64,000 nt of DNA from Anaerolineales bacterium UBA5796 (GCA_002418215.1 DIDQ01000119.1:1-64000), one strand, 5' to 3'; counted from the stretch's first letter, positions 18,376-27,831 are shown. Translations and numbers: made by a program. Notes: generated by a model from the letters alone, not told the origin.

Positions 18376-20826
18376 TTACCCGGCCAGTTTTGCCACCGTC
18401 ACGCCTGCGCCGCCTTCTTTTTCGCTGCCTTCCTCGAACGAAGCCACGTGCGGATGGCCGCGCAGCATCTCGCGCACCGACTGGCGCAGTTTGCCCGTCC
18501 CCTTGCCGTGGATGATGCGCACGAAAGGCATCCCGGTCAGGAAGGCCTGTTCGAGATAGCGGTCGAGCCTGTCGAGGGCGTCCTCCGACATCTGGCCGCG
18601 CAGGTCCAGTTCCATGCCGGGGCCGGAGGTGATCACCGGGGCCGATGGTTTGCTGCTGTCCAGGCGCGGCGTCACTGCCGGTTGGTTCTCCGGCTGATCG
18701 CTGACCGCTGAAAGCTCTTCAGCCTTCCGCTGCAAATCGCCCAGCTTGGCCCGCACCCGCAGCGCCCCCACCTGCACTTCGGCGTCTTCCTCGCCCAGAG
18801 CCGTCACCACCCCCTCCCGGCCCAGCGAACGGACGGTCACTTTTTCGCCCAGGCGCAGCGGCCCGGACACGGCGGCAATCGGGGATTTCTTCCTGGTCGC
18901 TTTCTTCTGGACTTTCTCCTCGATGACTTCGGCCTGCTCGATGACCGGTTTCAACGCTTCGAGCGGCTGGCGGGCCTTTTGCAGCTCCCGCCTCAACTCC
19001 TGGATTTCGGCCTGGAGCGCCGCGGCCTGGGCCTCGGCCTGCTCCCTGGCCTTGTCCAGGATCGCCAGGCGCTCGTCCTCGATTTTCTCCATCTTTTCGG
19101 CGAGTTCCCGCCGCAGCTTGTGGACCTCACTGCGGGCTTTTTCGGCCTTGTTGCGCTCCTTGAAGGCCAGTTTACGCTGGCGATGGATGTCGTCCAGCAG
19201 TTTATCGGCGCGTAAATCGTCGGGGCTGACCTCGCTCCTCGCCGCAGCCAGGATGCTTCCGTCCAGGCCGAGGCGCTGGGCGATGGCCAGGGCGTTCGAG
19301 CGGCCCGGCAGGCCGATGGTCAACTGGAAGGTCGGGCGCAGGGTGCGGATGTCGAATTCCACGCTGGCGTTGACCACGCCCTCGGTCACGTGGGCGTAAG
19401 TCTTCAACTCCGGGTGGTGGGTCGTGACCAGGGTGGTGATGCCCCGCTCTAGCAAATGGGCCAAAATCGCCCGCGCCAGGGCCGCGCCCTCCTGCGGGTC
19501 GGTGCCTGCGCCGAGTTCGTCGAGGATCACCAGCGACTTCTCATCCGCCTGTTCGAGAATGCGGATGATGTTGGTCACGTGGCCCGAAAAAGTGCTGAGC
19601 GACTGCTCGATGGACTGCTCGTCGCCGATGTCGGCGTAGAGGGCTTCGAAGACCGAAAGCTCCGAACCGGATTGGGCCGGGAGGTGCAGTCCGCTCTGGG
19701 CCATCATTATCAGCAGGCCGACGGTTTTGAGGGCGACGGTCTTGCCGCCGGTGTTCGGCCCGGTGATGACCACCGAACGGGTTTCAGACGGCAGCGCAAA
19801 ATCTATGGCGACCACGGTTTTTGGGTCGAGCAGCGGGTGGCGGGCCTGGTACAAGCGGATCAGCTTTCGGCTCTCAGCTTTCAGCGGTTCTTGCTTAGGA
19901 TCAGAGTTGCTCTTACCTAACCGCTGACCGCTGACTGCTGACTGCTCTTGAATTATCGGCTCACTGGCCCTGATCGCCTCGGCATACTTCGCTTTGGCAA
20001 AAGCCAGGTCCAGCAGCGCCAGGGCCTCCACGCCCCAGGTGATCTCGTCGGCGTGGGCGGCGACCTGCCAGCACAACTCGGCCAGCACGCGGCGTTCCTC
20101 ATCCCGTTCGGCCAGTTGCAGTTCGCGCCATTCGTTGTTCAGTTCCACCACCGCCAGCGGCTCGACGAACAGCGTCGCCCCAGACGATGACTGGTCGTGG
20201 ACGATGGACTTGATCTGCCCCTTGAACTCGGCCCGCAGCGGGATGACGTAGCGCCCGTCCCGCTGGGTAATGAGCGCGTCTTGCAGCATGGTCGTGGTCT
20301 TGCCATCGGTCAGGTACTTTTGCAGTCTGGACATCAGCCGTTCGTGGGCCACCCGCACCTGGGCGCGGATGCTGCCCAGCTTGGGCGAGGCCGAATCGAG
20401 CACTTCGCCTTTGTCGGACAGCACGCGTGAAATGGCCTCGACCAGTCCCAGCGCGGCGGGCAGCGAGACGGCAATCCCGGCCAGGCGCGGGAATTGCTCA
20501 GTCTTCTTTTCGAGCAATTTCTTGAGTTCACGGGCCGAGATCAGCGTGGATTTGATGTCGAGCAGGTCGCCGGGGTCGAGCACGCCGCCGCGCCGGGCCA
20601 GGTCCACTTGCGGGCGGACGTCGTGAGCGCCGCCGATGGTCGCGTCGCTGGTGTCAAGCAGCAGGCGCGCCTCGCTCGTCTCCTGTTGCAGGCGGCGCAC
20701 CTCGTCCATAACGGTGGCAGGCTTCAGGTCCCGGGCGAGCGCTGCCGAAGCCGAAAAGGCGCAGTTCCCGGCCAGCCGCTCCAAAATCTTGGGGTATTCG
20801 AGCACGGTGAGGGTCTTGGTGTCCAT
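18376..20826 (-). CDS. mutS2: Endonuclease MutS2, with a C-terminal Smr domain
   Basis: Walker A is GPNTGGKTVALKTVGL. The Smr tail reads VRIIHGKGTGKLRQSVREML. The start was chosen at MDTKTL. A tandem heptamer insertion lies at 19919-19947. Confidence 0.9.
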   Translation of the reverse strand: MDTKTLTVLEYPKILERLAGNCAFSASAALARDLKPATVMDEVRRLQQETSEARLLLDTSDATIGGAHDVRPQVDLARRGGVLDPGDLLDIKSTLISARELKKLLEKKTEQFPRLAGIAVSLPAALGLVEAISRVLSDKGEVLDSASPKLGSIRAQVRVAHERLMSRLQKYLTDGKTTTMLQDALITQRDGRYVIPLRAEFKGQIKSIVHDQSSSGATLFVEPLAVVELNNEWRELQLAERDEERRVLAELCWQVAAHADEITWGVEALALLDLAFAKAKYAEAIRASEPIIQEQSAVSGQRLGKSNSDPKQEPLKAESRKLIRLYQARHPLLDPKTVVAIDFALPSETRSVVITGPNTGGKTVALKTVGLLIMMAQSGLHLPAQSGSELSVFEALYADIGDEQSIEQSLSTFSGHVTNIIRILEQADEKSLVILDELGAGTDPQEGAALARAILAHLLERGITTLVTTHHPELKTYAHVTEGVVNASVEFDIRTLRPTFQLTIGLPGRSNALAIAQRLGLDGSILAAARSEVSPDDLRADKLLDDIHRQRKLAFKERNKAEKARSEVHKLRRELAEKMEKIEDERLAILDKAREQAEAQAAALQAEIQELRRELQKARQPLEALKPVIEQAEVIEEKVQKKATRKKSPIAAVSGPLRLGEKVTVRSLGREGVVTALGEEDAEVQVGALRVRAKLGDLQRKAEELSAVSDQPENQPAVTPRLDSSKPSAPVITSGPGMELDLRGQMSEDALDRLDRYLEQAFLTGMPFVRIIHGKGTGKLRQSVREMLRGHPHVASFEEGSEKEGGAGVTVAKLAG

Positions 20827-20909
20827 AGCAGGGGAATTAAACCACAGATTTCGTAACGCGGAATTCATTCCGCACAATACCAGAAGACAGTAAAATACTT
20901 CTTGGAAAG

Positions 20910-21011
20910 TGTCACTGCGAGGAACGAAGCAGTCTCCCTATCTAGCAGGAAGATTGCTCACCAGCACTTGCGCCAGGTGCAAGTGTCGGGAAAACCACCC
21001 TCGCAATGACA
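20910..21011 (-). repeat. Family-1 nested-palindrome element, copy B
   Basis: Reads TGTCACTGCGAGGAACGAAGCAGTCTCC ... CCCTCGCAATGACA. The first 27 nt are identical to copy C. Confidence 0.75.
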
Positions 21012-21028
21012 GTTAACCAGGTGACCCC

Positions 21029-21709
21029 ATGACCCTCGACCTTGACCGTATCCAGGCTTTGCTCTTTGACGTGGACGGGACGCTCAGCGACACCGACGAC
21101 GTTTACGTGCAGAAGTTCGAGCCGTTCTTCCGCCCGTTCCGTCCCCTGCTCCCAGGGCGGGACTCCTTTCGGGCTGCCCGCCGTTTCGTGATGTGGGTCG
21201 AGGCCCCCGGCAATACCCTGATCGGCCTGCCCGACATCCTCGGCCTGGACGACGAGCTGCTCGGCCTGTGGGAGTGGCTCAACCGCCGCCGCCCGCGCCC
21301 GATGAAGCATTTTCAACTCGTCCCCGGCGTGGACGGGATGCTGGCCCGCCTGGCCGGGAAGTACCCGATGTGTGTGGTCAGCGCCCGCGACGACCGTTCG
21401 ACCCGCCTGTTCCTCGACCAGTTCGGCCTGACGGGTTATTTCGAGGAGATCGTGACCGCCGTCACCGCCGAGCACACCAAGCCCTACCCCGATCCGTTGT
21501 TCTACGCGGCGAAGAAGCTGAGCCTCAGCCCGGAGAACTGCCTGATGATCGGCGACACGACCGTGGACATTCGCGCCGGCAAGGCCGCCGGGTCGCAGAC
21601 GGTGGGCGTGCTGTGCGGCTTTGGCGAACGCCCCGAGCTGGAACGCAAAGGCGCGGACCTGATCTTACAGTCCACGCCTGAATTGGCGGATCTATTGTTG
21701 GGGGGATAA
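21029..21709 (+). CDS. HAD-superfamily hydrolase (phosphoglycolate phosphatase-like)
   Basis: It has the HAD motif I FDVDGTL and a C-terminal GDT.VDI..G motif. Confidence 0.8.
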   Translation: MTLDLDRIQALLFDVDGTLSDTDDVYVQKFEPFFRPFRPLLPGRDSFRAARRFVMWVEAPGNTLIGLPDILGLDDELLGLWEWLNRRRPRPMKHFQLVPGVDGMLARLAGKYPMCVVSARDDRSTRLFLDQFGLTGYFEEIVTAVTAEHTKPYPDPLFYAAKKLSLSPENCLMIGDTTVDIRAGKAAGSQTVGVLCGFGERPELERKGADLILQSTPELADLLLGG

Positions 21710-21718
21710 CGTTTACGT

Positions 21719-21808
21719 TGTCACTGCGAGGAACGAAGCAGTCTCCAGCTTACCGGGAAACGTCCGGCTGGTGCAGATTGCTTCGGGAAAGAGCGCCCTC
21801 GCAATGAC
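21719..21808 (-). repeat. Family-1 nested-palindrome element, copy C
   Basis: Same termini as copy B and the same orientation. Confidence 0.75.
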
Positions 21809-21813
21809 TCTAT

Positions 21814-22878
21814 TTAATCTTCCGGCTTGGCGAAGATCATCCGCCCGGCGGCGGTTTGGAGCACTTTGGTGACCATCACCTCGATCTGCTTGTTGAGGTA
21901 TTCCTTGCCGTTCTCGATCACCACCATCGTGCCGTCATCCATGTAACCCACGCCCTGGTTCTGTTCCTTGCCCTCCTGGATGACCAGGATCGAGAGCGCC
22001 TCGCCCGGCAGCACCACCGACTTGACCGCATTGGCCAATTCGTTGATGTTCAGGATGGTCACGCCCTGGAGTTCGGCGATGCGGTTCAGGTTGTAATCGT
22101 TGGTCAGGATCGGGCAGCGCATCTGCCGGGCCAGGATGACGAGCTTGTCGTCCACCTCGCGCACGCCGTCCACGTCTATGTCGCTGATGCGCACCATTAC
22201 GTTGGGCTGCTTTTGCAGATCGGCCAGCACTTCCATGCCGCGGCGGCCGCGCTGGCGGCGCAGCCCGTCGGGTGAATCGGCGATGTATTGCAGTTCGTTG
22301 AGCACGAAGCGCGGGATCAGCAGGGTGCCGGGCAGGAAGCCGGTGCGGGCGATGTCGGCCACCCGCCCGTCAATGATGACGCTGGTGTCGAGCAGGATGG
22401 TGCGGGCGCTTTGTCCCCAACTTCCGCCGCCGTTATTTCCCCCGCTTTCACTGTTGCGGTTGGTGAATGAAGACAGCATCCCCATGATGTCGCCCTGGCG
22501 CATGATAAAGAGGGATACCCCGAAATAGGTAAAAAGCAGCACGCCCACAAAAGGCAGGAGGCTGCCAAACGGTTCCGGCAGCAGCGAGAGCGGGAAGGCC
22601 AGCAGGGCCGCGACCAGCAGACCGGTCACCAGGCCGAACAGCCCGGCGAAGAGCGTTTCGGCGGCCACCCGCCCCAGGATCGAACGCAATGCCCGCAGCG
22701 GACGGGTGGTCAGCAGGGGCGTCAGGACCAATCCCGCCAACGCGCCGACCAGTCCGAGAACCACGGAATAAAAAAGTTGATAAGATTTGTAAAGACTACC
22801 CAGAGCATATCCCCAGTAGGCCCCCAGGATAGCGATCACAACCATACCGACCAAACGGATAATAAAATCAATGCTCAT
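21814..22878 (-). CDS. Membrane-anchored PIN-domain protein with a C-terminal TRAM domain (YacL-like)
   Basis: It has four N-terminal transmembrane helices. The PIN core reads ILLDTSVIIDGR. A TRAM-like beta domain lies at the C-terminus. Confidence 0.7.
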   Translation of the reverse strand: MSIDFIIRLVGMVVIAILGAYWGYALGSLYKSYQLFYSVVLGLVGALAGLVLTPLLTTRPLRALRSILGRVAAETLFAGLFGLVTGLLVAALLAFPLSLLPEPFGSLLPFVGVLLFTYFGVSLFIMRQGDIMGMLSSFTNRNSESGGNNGGGSWGQSARTILLDTSVIIDGRVADIARTGFLPGTLLIPRFVLNELQYIADSPDGLRRQRGRRGMEVLADLQKQPNVMVRISDIDVDGVREVDDKLVILARQMRCPILTNDYNLNRIAELQGVTILNINELANAVKSVVLPGEALSILVIQEGKEQNQGVGYMDDGTMVVIENGKEYLNKQIEVMVTKVLQTAAGRMIFAKPED

Positions 22879-23008
22879 TTGTTAAAATACTCCTTGAACC
22901 GAATGAAAACAGAATAAATTCCTTTGGATGATAGCATGTCTGGGAGATAGCGTCAATCGCCCATTCCCAGGTCTGATAAAAGTCAAACGCAAGAGCAGGA
23001 CACAATCA

Positions 23009-23018
23009 TTGTTATAAT
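23009..23018 (+). promoter_or_regulatory. Extended -10 (TTGTTATAAT) about 170 nt upstream of moaA. The long leader is a possible riboswitch.
   Basis: TGnTATAAT is followed by a 170-nt leader with hairpins (GGAGCGCGGACTTCAGTCCGCCAGGC). A GGAGG Shine-Dalgarno lies at 23177. Confidence 0.35.
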
Positions 23019-23190
23019 GGTAAAACATTTTCATCAGAAAGAAATGAGAATGGAATGATGTTTCATCACATCCGCCACCCTTTCGTATCTATCCTGGAGC
23101 GCGGACTTCAGTCCGCCAGGCATCGGCAAGCTGGCGCCTGCGTTCCTTTTTCGGATAGGTTCTCAACAATTTTAGAAGTAAGGAGGTAAC

Positions 23191-24171
23191 ATGGCTATTG
23201 ATCGCTTTGGGCGTAATATTCATTACCTCCGCATCAGTTTGACCGACCACTGCAACTTGCGTTGCATTTACTGTATGCCGGAGGACATGACATTTCGGCC
23301 TAATTCCGAATTGATGCAGGATGACGAAATCCTGCTGTTCACCCGTTTGTTCGCCAGCCTGGGGTTCGACAAGATCCGTTTAACGGGAGGCGAGCCGACC
23401 GTCCGTGCCCATGTGGTGGACATCGTGCGGGGGATCGCCTCGACCCCGGGCATCCGCTCCGTTTCAATGACAACGAACGGTATGCTCCTGTCCCGGTTGG
23501 CCGAACCCCTGGCCGAGGCCGGGTTGCAGCGGGTCAACGTCAGCATTGATACCCTCGACCCCGTCAAGTTCAAACGCCTCACCCGCTGGGGCAAACTGGA
23601 GGATGTCTGGGACGGCATCCAGGCCGCTGAAAAAGCCGGTCTGACCCCGATCAAGCTCAACGCGGTGGTCGTCAAAGGCTATAACGAAGAAGACGTGGTG
23701 GACCTGGCGCGCCTGACGCTGGAACGTCCCTGGCAGATGCGTTTCATCGAGATGATGCCCTTTGCCGGGGCAACCGACATCCAGACTCAGCAGATCGTGA
23801 CCGCCTCCCAGATCAAGGAGCGCATCGAAGCCGCCGTCGGCCCGATGGAAATCGCCAACGACGGCAAACTGGACGGCGAGGCGCGGCTCTTCCGCATCCC
23901 GGGGGCGCAAGGGGATGTCGGTTTCATCTCGTCGGTGACCATGCCGTTCTGCGCTTCCTGCACCCGCGCCCGCCTCACCTCGGACGGCGTGCTGCGCATG
24001 TGCCTGCTGCGCGAAAAAGAAATAGACCTGCTTGCCCCGCTGCGCGCCGGCGCCGGCCTCGACGACCTGCGCCAGTTGATCCTCGAAGCCGTCTGGCTCA
24101 AGCCCTGGGGACATGGCCTGGCTGAGGGCGCAATACCGCTCAACCGGGTGATGAGCGAAATTGGAGGTTAG
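23191..24171 (+). CDS. moaA: GTP 3',8-cyclase MoaA (molybdenum cofactor biosynthesis)
   Basis: It has the radical-SAM CNLRCIYC motif and C-terminal auxiliary-cluster cysteines FCASCTRARL. Confidence 0.9.
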   Translation: MAIDRFGRNIHYLRISLTDHCNLRCIYCMPEDMTFRPNSELMQDDEILLFTRLFASLGFDKIRLTGGEPTVRAHVVDIVRGIASTPGIRSVSMTTNGMLLSRLAEPLAEAGLQRVNVSIDTLDPVKFKRLTRWGKLEDVWDGIQAAEKAGLTPIKLNAVVVKGYNEEDVVDLARLTLERPWQMRFIEMMPFAGATDIQTQQIVTASQIKERIEAAVGPMEIANDGKLDGEARLFRIPGAQGDVGFISSVTMPFCASCTRARLTSDGVLRMCLLREKEIDLLAPLRAGAGLDDLRQLILEAVWLKPWGHGLAEGAIPLNRVMSEIGG

Positions 24172-24897
24172 ATGTCCTTGACCGGAATCAAGGCCGTCCT
24201 CTTCGACATGGACGGCACCCTGCGCGAGAGCCAGCCGACCGGCGGTGAGGTCTTCACCGACTACGCCCTCTCCCTCGGCCTGCCCATTACCGAGCACAAC
24301 CGTATCCTGGCGGCCCGTTGGGAGCATTATTATTTTGCCGGTTCGCCCGAAATCCGCGAGGACTTCCAGAAATTCGGGGATGACGACAAGGGTTTCTGGC
24401 AAAATTTTGGGCAAAGGCGGCTGGTCGCGCTGGGATGTTCCGTCCAGCAGGCCGATGAGTTGGCCCCGGCCTTCGCGATCCACATGGAAGAAAACTACAA
24501 ACCCAAAGACATCATCCCTGAAGGGGCAATCGAAGCGCTCGTAAATTTACAGCAACGGGGCTACTTGCTGGGGGTCGTCTCCAACCGAGACCTGCCCTAC
24601 CATGACCGGCTCAAGGAACTTGGGCTGGCCCCCTATTTTTCGTTCTCCCTGGCGGCGGGTGAAGTCAATTCCTGGAAACCCAGCCCCGGCATCTTCGAGG
24701 TGGCCCTCAAGCGGGCCAGGACGATGGCTTACGAAACCGTTTACGTGGGTGACAATTATTTTGCCGACGTGGTCGGGGCGCGCAACGCCGGGTTGCTGCC
24801 CATTCTTTACGACCGGCTGGGAATCTTCGACAACCCGGGCTGCCCGGTCATGACCTCGTTTTCACAGCTTCCGGCTTTGTTGAACGGGAGGGCCTGA
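24172..24897 (+). CDS. HAD-superfamily hydrolase
   Basis: Contains the FDMDGTL motif I. It is translationally coupled to moaA and to the malic enzyme gene. Confidence 0.75.
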   Translation: MSLTGIKAVLFDMDGTLRESQPTGGEVFTDYALSLGLPITEHNRILAARWEHYYFAGSPEIREDFQKFGDDDKGFWQNFGQRRLVALGCSVQQADELAPAFAIHMEENYKPKDIIPEGAIEALVNLQQRGYLLGVVSNRDLPYHDRLKELGLAPYFSFSLAAGEVNSWKPSPGIFEVALKRARTMAYETVYVGDNYFADVVGARNAGLLPILYDRLGIFDNPGCPVMTSFSQLPALLNGRA

Positions 24898-26246
24898 TGG
24901 CCTGGGAACGCAAACTCATGCGCACCGTGCGCGTCCGCAATGACCAATCCCTGGGCATCCTGGCCCGGCTGCTCTCCGCTATTTCGGATGCGGGCGGCAG
25001 CGTGGGCGGCATCCAGATGCTGAACGAGACCTCCCACCACGTCACGCGGGATATTACCGTCTATGCCGAGGATGAGGACCAGATGGCGCAGGTACTGGAT
25101 GCCATGCGTGCCAATGAAGGCACGCGCATCGTCGCCATCCGGGACGAGGTGCTGGAGCTGCACCAAAAGGGCAAGATCGCCATCCGCAGCCGTTTCCCGA
25201 TCGATTCCCTCGCCACCCTGCGCCGGGTCTACACCCCCGGCGTGGCCGAAGTCTGCCGCCGGATCGCCAGGGACCCGTCGCTGGCGAAACTTTACACCAG
25301 CACCAGCCACATGGTCGCCATCGTGACGGACGGCACCGCCGTGCTGGGTCTGGGCGACATCGGCGCGCTGGCCGGGATGCCCGTGATGGAGGGCAAAGCC
25401 ATGTTGATGGAAACCCTGGTCGGCCTGTCCGGGATCCCGATCCTGCTCGACACCCAAGACCCGGATGCCATCGTCGAGACGGTCGCCAACATCGCCCCGA
25501 CTTTCGCCGCTATCCAACTGGAGGATATTTCAGCCCCGCGCTGTTTCGAGATCGAGGAACGCCTGCAAGCCCGGCTCGACATCCCCGTGCTGCACGACGA
25601 CCAGCACGGCACGGCCGTCGTCTCGACCGCGGCCCTGCTGACAGCCACGCGTGAAACCGGCGCCGACCTGTCCAAAGCCGTCATCGGGCAGATCGGGCTG
25701 GGCGCGGCCGGCAGTGCCATTGCCAACATGCTCATGCGCCTGACCGGTAATCCTGTGCTCGGCACCGACCTGAACGAAGACGCCCTCGCCCGCCTCGAAA
25801 GGAACGGCGGCCAGCGCGCCACCCTGACCGGGATCATGGCCCAGGCCGACATCGTCATCGCCACCACCGGCGCGCCGGGGCTGATCAAACCGTCCATGGT
25901 GCGGCCCGGCCAGATCATCCTGGCGCTTTCGAACCCCAACGCCGAGATCGAACCGGACGCGGCCATGCAGGCCGGGGCCGCCTACGCTGCCGACGGCAAG
26001 TCCGTCAACAATGTGCTCGGCTTCCCCGGCATCTTCCGCGGTGCCGTGGACGCGGACGCGCCCCGCATCACCCACGAGATGCTGGTCGCTGCGGCCGAGA
26101 CCATTGCCAGCATGACCCCGCCCGGCGATCTGGTCCCCAATGCCCTCGATAAAAAGGTCCACCTGGCTGTGGCCCGCGCCGTAGCCGAGAAAGCCTACGA
26201 GCAGGGCATCGCCCGCGCCGAATACGTGCCTTACGTGGAAGATTGA
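24897..26246 (+). CDS. NAD(P)-dependent malic enzyme with an N-terminal ACT-like domain
   Basis: It has the malic enzyme signature VYTPGVAEVC and a GLGAAGSAIA dinucleotide fold. Confidence 0.85.
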   Translation: MAWERKLMRTVRVRNDQSLGILARLLSAISDAGGSVGGIQMLNETSHHVTRDITVYAEDEDQMAQVLDAMRANEGTRIVAIRDEVLELHQKGKIAIRSRFPIDSLATLRRVYTPGVAEVCRRIARDPSLAKLYTSTSHMVAIVTDGTAVLGLGDIGALAGMPVMEGKAMLMETLVGLSGIPILLDTQDPDAIVETVANIAPTFAAIQLEDISAPRCFEIEERLQARLDIPVLHDDQHGTAVVSTAALLTATRETGADLSKAVIGQIGLGAAGSAIANMLMRLTGNPVLGTDLNEDALARLERNGGQRATLTGIMAQADIVIATTGAPGLIKPSMVRPGQIILALSNPNAEIEPDAAMQAGAAYAADGKSVNNVLGFPGIFRGAVDADAPRITHEMLVAAAETIASMTPPGDLVPNALDKKVHLAVARAVAEKAYEQGIARAEYVPYVED

Positions 26247-26413
26247 AGTTTCCAACTTGCAAAGTTCAATCTCCAACTTGGAAACTTTAATCTCCAACTT
26301 GGAAAATTTAATCTCCAAGTTGGAAACTTTAATCTCCAAGTTGGAAAATATATTTTCCAACTTGCAAAATAAAATCTCCCGGTTGCAAACCAAACTTTGC
26401 AACCGGGAGATTT
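26247..26413. repeat. AT-rich tandem array of about seven 21-bp units (TTTAATCTCCAACTTGGAAAA), each containing the palindrome TCCAACTTGGA. It ends in a 14-bp-stem hairpin CTCCCGGTTGCAAA/TTTGCAACCGGGAG.
   Basis: The units were read directly. The array lies in the convergent intergenic region after malic enzyme. ORFs 26257..26484 and 25530..26441 are translations of this repeat. Confidence 0.85.
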
Positions 26414-26430
26414 GCGTTATGGCCCAGGGA

Positions 26431-26518
26431 GTGCGTCGCACCTCCCCAAACGGGGCTTTTCAGGCGGGAAAATATCCCGTTTAACGGGATTCCTCCCAAA
26501 AGTCAGGTGCGACGCACC
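26431..26518 (+). repeat. Family-2 MITE-like element, copy a (GTGCGTCGCACC ... GGTGCGACGCACC)
   Basis: Its terminal inverted repeats and homologous interior are shared with the copies at 29863 and 48384. Confidence 0.75.
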
Positions 26519-26525
26519 GCCCGGC

Positions 26526-27758
26526 TTACTTGCCGTTCTGGGCCAGCATCTCTTTCAGCGTCAGGCTCAGGCGGGTGACGCCCTCACGGATGGTCTCCGG
26601 CGAGGAGAAGGAGAAGTTTAGGCGCATGGTATTGTCGCCGCCGCCGTTGGCGTGGAAGGCTGCGCCGGGCACGAAGGCGACTTTCTTCTGCACGGCCACT
26701 TTGAAGACTTCGGCCGCGTCCATGCCAGCGGGCATGATGCCCCACAGGAACATGCCGCCCTGCGGACGGGTGTAACGCACTTCCGGCGGGAAGAGTTCAT
26801 CCATCATTTCGAGCATCACGTCCCGGCGCTCCTTGTAAGTAGCCCGGATGAGCTTGACGTGTTCGTCCAGGAAGCCGCCTTTGGCGACCTCGTAAGCCAC
26901 CATCTGGTTGAAGGTGGCGGTGTGCAGGTCGGCACCCTGTTTGGTCATCACCATCTTGCGGATGACCTCCGGCGGGGCGATCACCCAGGCCAGGCGCAGG
27001 CCCGGGGCCAGCAGCTTCGAGAAGGTGCTCAGGTAGATGACGTTGCCGCTGTAATGGCCGCCGTTCGGGCCGCGGAACTCGCTGTCGAGAGTGACCACTG
27101 CCGGGATGTGCTCGCCCTCGTAGCGTAACTGTCCGTAGGGATCATCCTCCACGATCGGGACCCCGTACTTGTCCGCGATTTCGACCAGCTTTTTGCGGCG
27201 CTCCAGGCTGAGCGTCGTCCCCGAAGGGTTCTGGAAGTTGGGCAGCACATAAATGAATTTGGGGCCAACCCGCAGCGCAGTTTCCAACTCGTCCACGATC
27301 ATGCCGTTCTCATCCGACGGCACGGAAATGTACTGCGCCCCGTAGGCGTTCCAGGCCTGTAAAGCGCCCATATACGTGGGCGACTCGACCACGATGTAAT
27401 CGCCGCGGTTGATGAACAGCCGCCCGATCAGGTCCAGGGCCTGCTGCGACCCGGAAGTGATCTGCACGTTCTGGGTCATGATTTCGATCCCGTAGCGGGT
27501 GGTATGGCGGGCGATCATATCCCGCAGCGGCGTAAATCCTTCAGTAGCCCCGTATTGCAGCGCCAATCCGCCTTGCTGACTTAGAACCGCATTGCAGGCT
27601 TGCTGGAATTTTTCGAGCGGGAAAACTTCCGGGGCGGGCAGCCCGCCGGCAAACGAGATGATGTCCGGCTGCTCCGTCAACTTGAGCAATTCCCGAATGA
27701 CCGAACTGCGCATGTGCTTGGTGCGATGGGCAAATCGGTATTCCCAGGGTGTTTGCAT
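26526..27758 (-). CDS. PLP-dependent aminotransferase, class I/II (2-aminoadipate / aromatic aminotransferase-like)
   Basis: 410 aa with a class-I aminotransferase fold. Confidence 0.75.
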   Translation of the reverse strand: MQTPWEYRFAHRTKHMRSSVIRELLKLTEQPDIISFAGGLPAPEVFPLEKFQQACNAVLSQQGGLALQYGATEGFTPLRDMIARHTTRYGIEIMTQNVQITSGSQQALDLIGRLFINRGDYIVVESPTYMGALQAWNAYGAQYISVPSDENGMIVDELETALRVGPKFIYVLPNFQNPSGTTLSLERRKKLVEIADKYGVPIVEDDPYGQLRYEGEHIPAVVTLDSEFRGPNGGHYSGNVIYLSTFSKLLAPGLRLAWVIAPPEVIRKMVMTKQGADLHTATFNQMVAYEVAKGGFLDEHVKLIRATYKERRDVMLEMMDELFPPEVRYTRPQGGMFLWGIMPAGMDAAEVFKVAVQKKVAFVPGAAFHANGGGDNTMRLNFSFSSPETIREGVTRLSLTLKEMLAQNGK

Positions 27759-27831
27759 TCATACTCCTTTGGTAGATTTTTCGAGCAAACACCCCCCGTC
27801 AGATAGACGGGGGGTGTGGTATCCCTTACAT

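Noticed and set aside
20942-21475. Minus-strand ORF of 177 aa overlapping the HAD hydrolase
   Set aside because: The HAD frame has the DxDGTL motif. The antisense ORF starts inside the repeat element.
26257-26484. ORF of 75 aa with an ISNLE/ISKLE repeat peptide, and ORF 25530-26441 of 303 aa
   Set aside because: They are direct translations of the 21-bp tandem DNA array. The second is antisense to malic enzyme. No Shine-Dalgarno is present.
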